From Bdellovibrionales bacterium (lineage in GTDB: Bacteria > Bdellovibrionota > Bdellovibrionia > Bdellovibrionales > UBA1609), in NCBI GenBank assembly GCA_041690295.1, contig JAWLHR010000008.1, forward strand, positions 1-64,000: a stretch of 64,000 nucleotides of DNA, given 5' to 3'. How positions within the stretch are numbered: position 1 is the stretch's first letter; the number at the start of each line of letters is the position of its first letter. Positions 38,972 to 48,035 of the stretch are shown here, piece after piece. The notes beneath the pieces are model-generated. The model ran no database searches. It had not been told where the DNA came from and saw only the letters and a program-made list of their open reading frames with translations. A program made the translations under genes and the position numbers.

Positions 38972-41389
38972 ATGCGGCTTGCTTCTTGCCTCCGCCTTTT
39001 GGTGCTGGGGTTTATTTTATCCATTGGCGTTTCTCTTCACGCCAAGATGGATTTACCGCCGATTCTGAACACTCAGGAAGAGTTTGCGGAATACGAGCGC
39101 ATGATTCGCACCTTGATTCCTGAAACCGGTGTGAAACGAAACTTTCCTATCAGTGTTATCGATTTGATATCAATGGAGCAAAACCTGCTGCGGCACCTGT
39201 TAGCGGATCCGGAATACGTCGCCGCGGCCGAGGCTCGCCCGCCGCTACAGACCTTGCGATTTCAAGAGATCAAAATGGAATCCGTGCGGGGAATGGGGGC
39301 CAATCCCCAATGGGATAAGTTTTTGGAAGCGCACGGATATGATCCTCAACTGAATGAAGAGCAAGCCCAAAAAGAGCTTCTTTCGCTGTTTCATAGATGG
39401 TCGACTTTTTCCGCCAATGGCTTTTTCTCCGGTTGGGCCGCGCTTCTCCGCGGTGAGATCAAGGAGATCCTTCGCGAACCCGATCTCATTGAGCGCTGGC
39501 GGAGACTCAAAGCCGTTTTGACCGAAAAAGATCCAGCGGTGGTGCGCAACTTCAAAGCTGAGCGCTACGGGATCACGTCGCCGGATTGGACATTAAATGA
39601 TCTTGATGCGGTTGTCGAAAGGCTCAATGAACTGGAATCCCGCATTCTGGTTTTGCTGCAGCGTCTGAACCAGGACCTTCCCTTTCGTGATCGTTTCACC
39701 ACTCACGGAATTGAACATAACGCCGGCAATCTGCTGAGCGGGCTTTCCGCGCGGGCTCTTCGCCTTTACGCCGATCCGGACATGGAGATCGTGCAGAGAA
39801 CCGTCACCAAGGAACTCATCTTGCGCGAGGTTCCTCCCACGCTGGCGATTTATCGGGGTGTCGTCGGTAACGACTGCTCAACCGAGCGTTCGTTCGCTTA
39901 CCCGTACAGTCCCTATGAGCGCGTGTGGTGGGTGGAGAAATCCGACGGCACTCGGTTGGGATACGTTTCGGGTAACATAACATTAGTTGAAGATAGGCCG
40001 TCGCTATTCATCCGCGATGTTCAGGTTCCAGGGCTGCACGGAGACGATGCGGCGATTGATCTGATCCTCGCCGGATTTTACCTCGCCCGTCCGTACTATG
40101 GCGTGAATCAGATGACCGTGATGAATACCAATTTCACCTTTCAGAATAATTTATCTAGCCACAGGGAGAAATTGGTTCAGCTTTTAGGGGCGACATCCGA
40201 GCCCGTCCAACAAAAATTCCAGGATGAAAGGTGGCGTGAGGGCATCTTGAAATCAATGGTCCGTGCGGACGGCTATGATGGGAGCAAAATCCACGCGCAA
40301 GTTCGTCGGGTGTTTTATTCGCCTGAAACGCTTGAGAAGTACCAGGTGCAAAGAACATCCGGTGGCGCGGTTGAAGCGATCGATCCACAGGAGTCGCCGG
40401 AACAATTTTGGGAGATTCTTGCATCAGCCACCATGAATCAGGATCCGTTCATTTTGCAAGCCGCGGTCAAAACGCCGGAGGAGATCTCCTGGAAAAACAT
40501 CATCAACTTGTTTTGGAACCGCGATCGGCTGCCGGTGGAACTTTTTTACGGCTCGGTGGAATTGGCTCTGCGGCAGGTGAATCTTCCGGTCAGCCGGAAT
40601 CTGATGCGCAAATTCGAATCCGTTTTCGCCAACGGCCACTTGGCGGCCCCGGATGCGTTCGAGGGCGAGAAGAACACCCGTCAAAGCATTCGGTTCGTCA
40701 TGGATGCCATTTGGCGCTCACGGGATATGAAGCGGGCCACGGAACTGGTTCAGAAGTACCTTGAGCCGCTCGAAGAGCATGATCTGATGGTCCGAAACGC
40801 CCGCAGCTTGTTTGAACGCCGGCAACCCGAGGACGTCGCGCGAATCGAAGCTCTGCTTGCCGCCGGTTATCGATTTCGTCGCCAGCTTCTCGGGCAACGG
40901 GACTGGTTGTGGCTGGCTCAAGTGGTTAACTCGGAAGAACATAAGCTTTGGGCGATTTCGCATTTAATACCAAACGAAAATTTCGTGAACGTGGGCGACC
41001 TCATTCCTGGGGTGATCGAAGTTTTGGCGCCACTGTTGAATAATGAAGACGAAGCGGTGCCGGAAGAGTTCAGTATCAAGGCCGCGGCGATTTTGTTTCG
41101 AATCGTCGGCGCCGGTGCGGTCTCGCCCGAAGTTCAGGCGGAAATGGAAGAGACAATTCAATTCGAAGAGAACTTGCAGATTCTATTCCCCATCGCCGTG
41201 GCGTACCTGCGGGATTACGTAACGACGCCGGAGCAAAGGGCCAATCCGAAATCGGTCTGGAATATGGCTTTTCAGGTCGTCCATAAGGAAGCCAAGAATC
41301 GAGAATTGGATAAAGTGTGGCGCGGGGAAGCCGCCAAAATTTTGCGACAATACAAATCCGAATGTGAAAATCTTCTGACTGGTGCGTGA
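38972..41389 (+). CDS. Secreted RGxVGxDCS-family protein with helical C-terminal extension, C-terminal CENLL
   Basis: EVPPTLAIYRGVVGNDCST; signal LHA|KMD. Confidence 0.85.
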   Translation: MRLASCLRLLVLGFILSIGVSLHAKMDLPPILNTQEEFAEYERMIRTLIPETGVKRNFPISVIDLISMEQNLLRHLLADPEYVAAAEARPPLQTLRFQEIKMESVRGMGANPQWDKFLEAHGYDPQLNEEQAQKELLSLFHRWSTFSANGFFSGWAALLRGEIKEILREPDLIERWRRLKAVLTEKDPAVVRNFKAERYGITSPDWTLNDLDAVVERLNELESRILVLLQRLNQDLPFRDRFTTHGIEHNAGNLLSGLSARALRLYADPDMEIVQRTVTKELILREVPPTLAIYRGVVGNDCSTERSFAYPYSPYERVWWVEKSDGTRLGYVSGNITLVEDRPSLFIRDVQVPGLHGDDAAIDLILAGFYLARPYYGVNQMTVMNTNFTFQNNLSSHREKLVQLLGATSEPVQQKFQDERWREGILKSMVRADGYDGSKIHAQVRRVFYSPETLEKYQVQRTSGGAVEAIDPQESPEQFWEILASATMNQDPFILQAAVKTPEEISWKNIINLFWNRDRLPVELFYGSVELALRQVNLPVSRNLMRKFESVFANGHLAAPDAFEGEKNTRQSIRFVMDAIWRSRDMKRATELVQKYLEPLEEHDLMVRNARSLFERRQPEDVARIEALLAAGYRFRRQLLGQRDWLWLAQVVNSEEHKLWAISHLIPNENFVNVGDLIPGVIEVLAPLLNNEDEAVPEEFSIKAAAILFRIVGAGAVSPEVQAEMEETIQFEENLQILFPIAVAYLRDYVTTPEQRANPKSVWNMAFQVVHKEAKNRELDKVWRGEAAKILRQYKSECENLLTGA

Positions 41390-42813
41390 TTGTGAAGCGG
41401 GCGCTAATCCTCATTTTGATCGCTCTTCACGCTCTCTTGGCCAACGCCAAGATGGATTTCCCTCCGGTGTTCGAATCCGAGATGGAGGTCCGTAACTACG
41501 CTTTTAAGATCGCCAGCCTTCTTCCGGAAACAAAAATTCCCCGACAATACAGCGCCGATGTTTTGTCGGTCGTCAAATGGGAACAAATGTTGTTGAAGGT
41601 TTTATTGGACGATCCGAGTTGGGTGGCCGCCACGAAAAAGCGCGAAGCCCTTCAATTGTTTCGTGTGCGTTACATTGTCAAACACCAGGTGAAAGAGCTG
41701 GAGCCGAACACCCGTTGGAAGGAACTCCTCGACCAGGCTCCGGATCTGGACGCCACCGCCGCTTATAAGGAATTTGAACAGCTTGTTCGGAGTTGGCGAG
41801 AAGTCAACTCTCAGCGATTTTTTTCGGGCTGGGCGTCGCTCTTTCCCTCGGAGGTTAGGGATATCTTGCGTGAACCGGATTTAAATCTCCGATGGCGGAA
41901 TCTGAAATCGTTTTTGAAGACGGCTTCTCCTCTTATTATCTCGCGATTTAAAGCGGAAATTTTCGGTGCTTCTCAGCGGGATTGGACCTTGGATGATCTG
42001 GATGACGTGGTGAAAAAACTGAATGACGTTGAAACTCGGATTCTACTTCTCTTGTATCAGCTGAATCATGGCCAAACATTTGAAAAACGGTTTTCGCTAC
42101 CCGATAGCTACTCGTATTTGAGTAAACACATGAACTCTCTTGTCTCACGCGCGCTGAGACTCTATTCAGAGGTCGCCAAAGTGACCGAGGAGCAAGAGCT
42201 TGTCTATGATTTCGTCTTGCGCGAGGTTCCTCCCACGCTGGCCATTCACCGGGGCGCGGTGGGCAAGGATTGCTCGAGTCTTTATTCGTTCGCTTTCCCG
42301 TACAGTCCTTTTGAGCGCGTCTGGTGGGTGGAGTCACCCGAGGGGCAACGCTATGGTTATGTCTCGGGTAACATAACTCTTGTGAATGGAACACCCAATC
42401 TCTACATCAGTGATGTCCAAGTGCCAAGTCTTCCGGGCGGGCAAGCCATAGAGTTCATTCTCAAAGCGTTTTATATGATAAAGTCCCATTACGGCGCGAC
42501 TCAAATGACCATTATGCATGAGGACTTCACCTATCAAAATCACATCCCGTTTCATCGCAAGTTCCTCGTGGAAGCCAAAGGCGCCCACAGAACCTATGTC
42601 CGTCAGTCCTATCAGGATAGCGGTTGGCGGGGGGGTGTTCTCAAGGAGTTCAGCCAGAAAGCGGCTCAACGGTTCGATGTGAACTATGACAGTGCCGAAC
42701 GCCACGAACTCGTGCGTCAGGTGTTTTATCCGGGAAGCGAACTCGAGGGACTGGAAGTCGAACGAAAAATTCTAGATTCCCAGTCTTGCGAGAATCTTCT
42801 AGCGGCCAGCTAG
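41386..42813 (+). CDS. Secreted RGxVGxDCS-family protein (tandem paralog), C-terminal CENLL
   Basis: EVPPTLAIHRGAVGKDCSS; signal ANA|KMD; GTGA overlap with the upstream stop. Confidence 0.85.
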   Translation: MIVKRALILILIALHALLANAKMDFPPVFESEMEVRNYAFKIASLLPETKIPRQYSADVLSVVKWEQMLLKVLLDDPSWVAATKKREALQLFRVRYIVKHQVKELEPNTRWKELLDQAPDLDATAAYKEFEQLVRSWREVNSQRFFSGWASLFPSEVRDILREPDLNLRWRNLKSFLKTASPLIISRFKAEIFGASQRDWTLDDLDDVVKKLNDVETRILLLLYQLNHGQTFEKRFSLPDSYSYLSKHMNSLVSRALRLYSEVAKVTEEQELVYDFVLREVPPTLAIHRGAVGKDCSSLYSFAFPYSPFERVWWVESPEGQRYGYVSGNITLVNGTPNLYISDVQVPSLPGGQAIEFILKAFYMIKSHYGATQMTIMHEDFTYQNHIPFHRKFLVEAKGAHRTYVRQSYQDSGWRGGVLKEFSQKAAQRFDVNYDSAERHELVRQVFYPGSELEGLEVERKILDSQSCENLLAAS

Positions 42814-43931
42814 GGCAATAGAGCGAATTCACAGGCGCGTTTCTTCTCCAGATCAGCGAAGCGCTTGCTTTTTTCATATTTCTCGACTTCTCCGTCGGTG
42901 ATCCATTTCGGCCAGAGATAATCGCGATGATCTTCCCATTTCTCGCCGGCCTCACTCAAATAACGATGGAACGATTCCAGGGCTTTTTGCGGATTCACCG
43001 GTGGTACGAGTAAGGCGTCGTTCGGGTCCGATATAGGTAAAACGGGGGTTTCGAGCTTCAGGGGAATTGGTTCGTTTAAACGGGAAAGGTAGTTGAGGCG
43101 GGCTTGGAGCAAGCGAATCTGCGCGAGCCAGGTGTAAATGGATTGTTGCGGGCGAACACCTCTAAGTTCAAGACGTCCGCGCGGAAGCGAATCAGCATTT
43201 AAGAAATTGATCGCCACCCACCGAGTTCGAGAAATGTAGTATTTCCCCCACATGTGGAGATAAGGATCATGCATTTCCCAGAAGGCTTTCTTGATATCTT
43301 TGAGAAAGCGGAATGTCCCGGCCGCGACAGGTGCGTAGGCGCCCGCATCGAAGTCTTCGATCACCTTTATGAATTTAATTTTATGGCTTTCGGGAAACAA
43401 AGGGTAAGGGAGCGCGTTGTGAGTGTCATAGTTGAAAATGCCCATGAAAAGTTCGTTATGATTGTGAAGATCGACAATGAAGTTGCGAAGGAGAAGGGGA
43501 TGCTCCATCAAGTCATGGATATCGATGTTGATGTGTCCGCCGCCCAAGAATAGGGCGGGATAACTTTGTTCGTTCCGCGCGGAAACAAATATCGCATCTT
43601 CGATATCGGCGGCGAAACGGGTGAAGTCGTAAACAGTCATCGGCTTCATCTTGATTTCGACCACACTCAAATCGACGGACAGCTCGTATTCCCATCCGTT
43701 CGGTGAGATAAAGACGCGCTTACCGATGGTCCTGAACCTAGCTCCCGGTAACTGGCCATAAACCAGGTGATCCCTCATTCGATGAAAGAACCGCTCAAGA
43801 TAATCATGCTGTCCTTCGGGCGGCGTTTGAAAGGTGAACTCCGGCCCGAACAGAAGTTGGACCTCTGGTGGCTTGGCATGGACGAATCCAGCCAAGAAAA
43901 TGAGAATTATAAAAATTGCATCCTTACCCAT
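42810..43931 (-). CDS. Secreted putative amidoligase, paralog of 26968-28146, C-terminal CEFAL
   Basis: FGPEFTF, SPNGW, GGGHIN, NHNELF.G.FNYDTHNA, RLELR; signal VHA|K. Confidence 0.65.
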   Translation of the reverse strand: MGKDAIFIILIFLAGFVHAKPPEVQLLFGPEFTFQTPPEGQHDYLERFFHRMRDHLVYGQLPGARFRTIGKRVFISPNGWEYELSVDLSVVEIKMKPMTVYDFTRFAADIEDAIFVSARNEQSYPALFLGGGHINIDIHDLMEHPLLLRNFIVDLHNHNELFMGIFNYDTHNALPYPLFPESHKIKFIKVIEDFDAGAYAPVAAGTFRFLKDIKKAFWEMHDPYLHMWGKYYISRTRWVAINFLNADSLPRGRLELRGVRPQQSIYTWLAQIRLLQARLNYLSRLNEPIPLKLETPVLPISDPNDALLVPPVNPQKALESFHRYLSEAGEKWEDHRDYLWPKWITDGEVEKYEKSKRFADLEKKRACEFALLP

Positions 43932-44040
43932 GGAAATAACGCGGATTACACCTAAATGACTCGAAGCTTCCGTGCAAGCAGGCCGAAAGTTTTTGCCAAA
44001 TTTTCTTGGAATTTTCTGACGCAATCTGCAATAAAGTGCC

Positions 44041-47000
44041 ATGCGAAAAATTTGGCTCGGCCTTCTCCTGTTTTGGTGGCTGCCCGCTTACGCGCACGAC
44101 ACCAACTGCGAACGAAATCTTTTAGCGGAGTTAGTGACCGCGAACTTCAAAGAACATTTGGTCGAAGTGCCTGATATCCGTGGCCAAGTCGTTAAATTGC
44201 TGGCCGACCAGGAAGTCTCCCGCCGGATGGAATTGGATGCCGACCTGACGGCCCGGCATGAGGCCCGGGAGATGTCCTTTCAAGTCAAAAACGGAATCAC
44301 CGGGCTTTACGATAAATTTGTCGCGGTTGAAGTGAATAGTTTTGTGGCTCCGATTCTCAAATCGGATTTTGATCGCATGGTCGCATCAACCGGACCCTTG
44401 ATGCGGCTGTACCGGCAACTTCTGCAGAAGATTTACTCCATCCCGAACGCCGGAATTGAAGATCTGGGATTCGGCGACCTTCCGCGCGAGGAGGCCGAGC
44501 TGGCGCTTCATACGATCCGTGACTCCATATATCTGGAGCCGGCGCTGATTCACCCCAACATGGCCGAATATCCCTTTTTGGCGGTGGCGGGCTTTGACGG
44601 CGCGGTCGTGGATCCCAAAAGGCCCGCCACGGAATTTTTTGAAACCAATCTCGGCACACCGAGCGGACTCAGCAATAACGTTCAACTCCTTCATGATCTG
44701 TTATGGCTCAACGAGCCCTTGAAAAAGCTGGTCGAGCCTTACCTGCCTAAAGACGACACGTTTCAGATTTTACGTAAAGCCATCGAAAGCAATGCCCGCG
44801 CCTGGACCGGAAAAGAGGGGCTGAGCGTTGTGATCTCGCCAGGGATTTATAACGGCGCCCATCCGGACGTGGCCTCCATCGCACGGGCTTCGGGCATGCC
44901 GCTGGTGAAAAGCAGCGACCTTTATGAGGACCGTGATGGATATATTCGGTTGAATACGGGAAAAGGAGAGGAGGACCCTCTTGTCACCGGTATTTATGGA
45001 CGAATGGAAGAATCCTTTTTTCTCCAGTCCAACGCCGATAAAATTCCACTGATCAGTCCGAATTTCCAAGACAATCAGGCTTTATCCGAGAGGCTGGGGG
45101 TCGACCTTCGCCCGGGCGCGATTTATGACTTCATCTATGACGACGGGGGCAAAATCGTCGGCGTTCACCGTGACGAAAACGGCGAACCCAAATTTTTGGA
45201 AGTCTGGGATACGATCAGCGAAGATCCTTCGCGGCCGGGTCATAGGGGGAGCTTCGCCAAAGCCATCATCAATCGCAAACTTTATTACAGCAATATCGGC
45301 GGTCGGGTGGTCGATGACAAACGCCTGTTTCGGATCCTGACCAGTTACCTGCTTCCGCAACTTCCGGATATGGCCCGGCCCATCCGGGGCCTGGCCCAGG
45401 ATCAATTCGATCTTTTCTACGCCAACCCATCGAGCTTCGTGGTGAAAGAGCCTGGCAACTCCGGCGGAGTGGGAATTTACTTTCCCCGCGCGATGAGCGA
45501 GAGCGCGGTGGCCGAATTGGTCGAGCGCGTCCGCGCCCGGCCGACGGAATTTGAAATTCAATATCTGAGTGCCATCGCCACTTTGCCGGCGGTGAGCCAA
45601 TCGAAAAGCGGCCGGGAAGTCCATAGTGAGGTCCCCATTGATTTGCGAATTTTCGTGATGATGGATGCGGACGGAAATGTCGACGCCGGACCTAATTCAA
45701 TTCTCTTACGAACCGGCGCGCGGGGCGGGTTGTACACCAACACTTCCCGCGGCGGCGGTTACGGGATCGGCTTGATCCTTGAAGACCAGCCGGGGGTCCG
45801 TGAGACGAAGCCTTTTCAATGGGCGAAAATGCAAGTTGGTCAGTGGCCGAAAAGCCGCGAAACAGAGCTGGCCACCGTGCTCGAACAGGGCACCGCTTTG
45901 ATCAAATGTCTCTTTTCTTTGCGCTTCAATCAGGATGATAAAAAATGGAACGAGTGCCGAAGCCAGGCACTCGACCTTTCCTTCGCTTACCGGCAGGTCA
46001 TGGACTTGATCAGTCCTTGGCATTTGCAAGTGATCGCGACGTTAAGGAACTTCGCCCATGGGCGGGACCGCAACCTGGTTCAAAGCACCGAACTGGCCCG
46101 GCGAATGATTCAATCCTTCCGCCGCATGCGGCAGTCGGAGGGCGCGCTCGCGAACGTGGCCGCTCCCTTTTTCGCGAAGCACGCCCGCGAGTTGGGCCGC
46201 TTGGACCCCGTTGATCTTCAACATTTAAGGCTTCCCACCAAAGCCAAACTTCGCCGATTGGATCCGCCGGAGGTGAGCTATCGCTATGCGCCGGAAGGCA
46301 AGCTTCGCTCGCGGAAAATCGAGTTCGCCGAGTACATTTGGGTCGACAATCCCGAAGTGCAGGAAGTGATCGACGAGGTGAAGGCGTTCGGCGGCCAGGT
46401 GAGATTGCTCATTCGCGAAGTGGCGATCGAGAATCCGGAAGGCGTCGATAAGTGGTTCGGTCGCGAGTCCGCTTATTTCTGGGTGAATCTCAATCCCAAG
46501 TCCCCGTCCTATCTAATGCCCGTGATCGGCATTGATCTGGCCCGGGAGATGTCACTGGCGGCCCTTCATCATGAGCGGGAACATTTCCGGATGTTGCGCG
46601 AACTTTATGCCAATTACCGGCGGCGCGGCTTCGGTCATGAAAAAGCCATGCTCCGAGCCTATGCCGAAACCGAGACGGAAGAGAAAATCGTCGAAGCCGA
46701 ACGGCGTGCGGTGAAGGCTGAGATCAATGCCGAAGTCGAGTATGCCGACCATCCCTATAACCGGTTTTTCGGTAAATCCTGGGAAGCGAATCATTTTTAT
46801 GAAATCGGATTTGTGAACCGGATGACCTATCCGGAGTTTGAAGGCCTGCGCCGGCATTTGCGCCAGGTGAAGTGGGACCGGGTGCCGGTGAAAGAGGATT
46901 TCATCCGTAAAACCTTCTCCGCCGCGATTGATTTCGCGCTAAAGACCCGGGACCAGGCCTTTCTCCACTTTATGGAAAAAGATGATTTAGCCTCCATCCG

Positions 47001-47160
47001 GCTGTGGCGTGAATCCAATGTGTTCCTGATGCTCACCCAGCCCTATGGGCATGAGCGGCTGGAATTAGATGGCATTCGCGATGATTTTAAACTCTGGCTG
47101 TCCAAGGTCTGCGCCGAAATGGGCGTGAGTGCCGAAGATTGCGGAGTTCCGGTCCACTAA
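44041..47160 (+). CDS. Secreted circularly permuted ATP-grasp (type 2-like) protein fused to an HExxH domain, N-terminal CERNL
   Basis: GFD...FETNLGTPSGL, VVKEPGNSGGVGI, IDLRIF, NTSRGGG; LHHEREH; signal AYA|HDTNCERNL. Confidence 0.75.
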   Translation: MRKIWLGLLLFWWLPAYAHDTNCERNLLAELVTANFKEHLVEVPDIRGQVVKLLADQEVSRRMELDADLTARHEAREMSFQVKNGITGLYDKFVAVEVNSFVAPILKSDFDRMVASTGPLMRLYRQLLQKIYSIPNAGIEDLGFGDLPREEAELALHTIRDSIYLEPALIHPNMAEYPFLAVAGFDGAVVDPKRPATEFFETNLGTPSGLSNNVQLLHDLLWLNEPLKKLVEPYLPKDDTFQILRKAIESNARAWTGKEGLSVVISPGIYNGAHPDVASIARASGMPLVKSSDLYEDRDGYIRLNTGKGEEDPLVTGIYGRMEESFFLQSNADKIPLISPNFQDNQALSERLGVDLRPGAIYDFIYDDGGKIVGVHRDENGEPKFLEVWDTISEDPSRPGHRGSFAKAIINRKLYYSNIGGRVVDDKRLFRILTSYLLPQLPDMARPIRGLAQDQFDLFYANPSSFVVKEPGNSGGVGIYFPRAMSESAVAELVERVRARPTEFEIQYLSAIATLPAVSQSKSGREVHSEVPIDLRIFVMMDADGNVDAGPNSILLRTGARGGLYTNTSRGGGYGIGLILEDQPGVRETKPFQWAKMQVGQWPKSRETELATVLEQGTALIKCLFSLRFNQDDKKWNECRSQALDLSFAYRQVMDLISPWHLQVIATLRNFAHGRDRNLVQSTELARRMIQSFRRMRQSEGALANVAAPFFAKHARELGRLDPVDLQHLRLPTKAKLRRLDPPEVSYRYAPEGKLRSRKIEFAEYIWVDNPEVQEVIDEVKAFGGQVRLLIREVAIENPEGVDKWFGRESAYFWVNLNPKSPSYLMPVIGIDLAREMSLAALHHEREHFRMLRELYANYRRRGFGHEKAMLRAYAETETEEKIVEAERRAVKAEINAEVEYADHPYNRFFGKSWEANHFYEIGFVNRMTYPEFEGLRRHLRQVKWDRVPVKEDFIRKTFSAAIDFALKTRDQAFLHFMEKDDLASIRLWRESNVFLMLTQPYGHERLELDGIRDDFKLWLSKVCAEMGVSAEDCGVPVH

Positions 47161-47162
47161 GT

Positions 47163-47705
47163 TCACAGAATCAATTTTCGCAGCTCTTCCTGGGTGTAGG
47201 CGTAATCCGCATAGACCATGGTGTTCGTGATGTTTCGATGACCAAGAGCCACTTGGACTAAACGAAGGTCCTTGGTCTTTTTGTAAAGCCTTATGGCGAA
47301 AGTGTGCCTTAGGGCGTGGAGTTTCTTATGGACGGGACGGTAAAGCTCCCAGACCTGGCGCAAACGATTGTACGAGATGGGAAAGAGTAACTGATTTTGA
47401 GCATTGGGGATTTCGCTGACCAACCGGCGGAACAGCCAGCTGGGGACGGGGAGCTCCCGATCGTTGCTGCCCTTAAGACCATGGATGAACACCGACTCAT
47501 CGAACGTATTTAGATCATCGATGCGAAGATTGAGGACCTCTTGGGCTCGGGCGCCGGTGTGCAAGAGCAGCCAAAGAAGGGTGCAGTTGCGTGGATCCTT
47601 GGCCTTGAATGAGTTGAGGATGTGAACCAGCCGATCGTATTCGGGATCCAAGAGGTACTTATTCTTGTTTAATGCGTATCGAACTTTAGTCCGAAACTGT
47701 GCCAC
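47163..47705 (-). CDS. Tyrosine recombinase, catalytic domain only
   Basis: TGARAQE (R), GLKG (K), HALRH, LGH, MVY (Y); 180 aa. Confidence 0.92.
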   Translation of the reverse strand: MAQFRTKVRYALNKNKYLLDPEYDRLVHILNSFKAKDPRNCTLLWLLLHTGARAQEVLNLRIDDLNTFDESVFIHGLKGSNDRELPVPSWLFRRLVSEIPNAQNQLLFPISYNRLRQVWELYRPVHKKLHALRHTFAIRLYKKTKDLRLVQVALGHRNITNTMVYADYAYTQEELRKLIL

Positions 47706-47964
47706 ATCGTTCCAATCTGGCGAGCGAAATTTTTATATATAAATTCAGTTTAGACGCGAAAAGTAAATTCGAATTCTGCTCACTCACCGTTGCTTATAGC
47801 TCAATTTTCGAGAGTGAAATCAGGTAATGTCAACAACTTAGTACTGTGACTTATAGTTATAATACGAAGTCGATTTTGAATTTGCGCATACCGCGTATAG
47901 GGTTTGGATTTGGGTTCATTGATACATAATTACCAAGCTACCAGCTGGACCCTCTAAAAATTTA

Positions 47965-47989
47965 TTTTACATCGAGTAAGGATGTAAAA
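47965..47989. promoter_or_regulatory. Perfect 9-bp inverted repeat with 7-bp spacer (operator or recombination site)
   Basis: TTTTACATC-GAGTAAG-GATGTAAAA. Confidence 0.6.
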
Positions 47990-48035
47990 CACAATTAAAT
48001 AACGTGAAATACAACATTGAGATGGGCAGGACGGA

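Noticed and set aside
22639..44042. Long N-terminal extensions in the ORF track (fabD 23835, 32110, 33674, 34708, 35014, 44042)
   Set aside because: Downstream starts give RBSs, family-typical N-termini or clean signal peptides and avoid overlaps.
26968..47705. Idea that the CExxL block is a prophage or integrated element mobilised by the recombinase
   Set aside because: No phage, conjugation or replication genes, no att duplication or flanking tRNA found, and no obvious composition shift.
47880..47908. TTTGCGCATAC resembling the XerC arm of dif
   Set aside because: No TTATGTTAAAT-like XerD arm at the 6-bp spacing.
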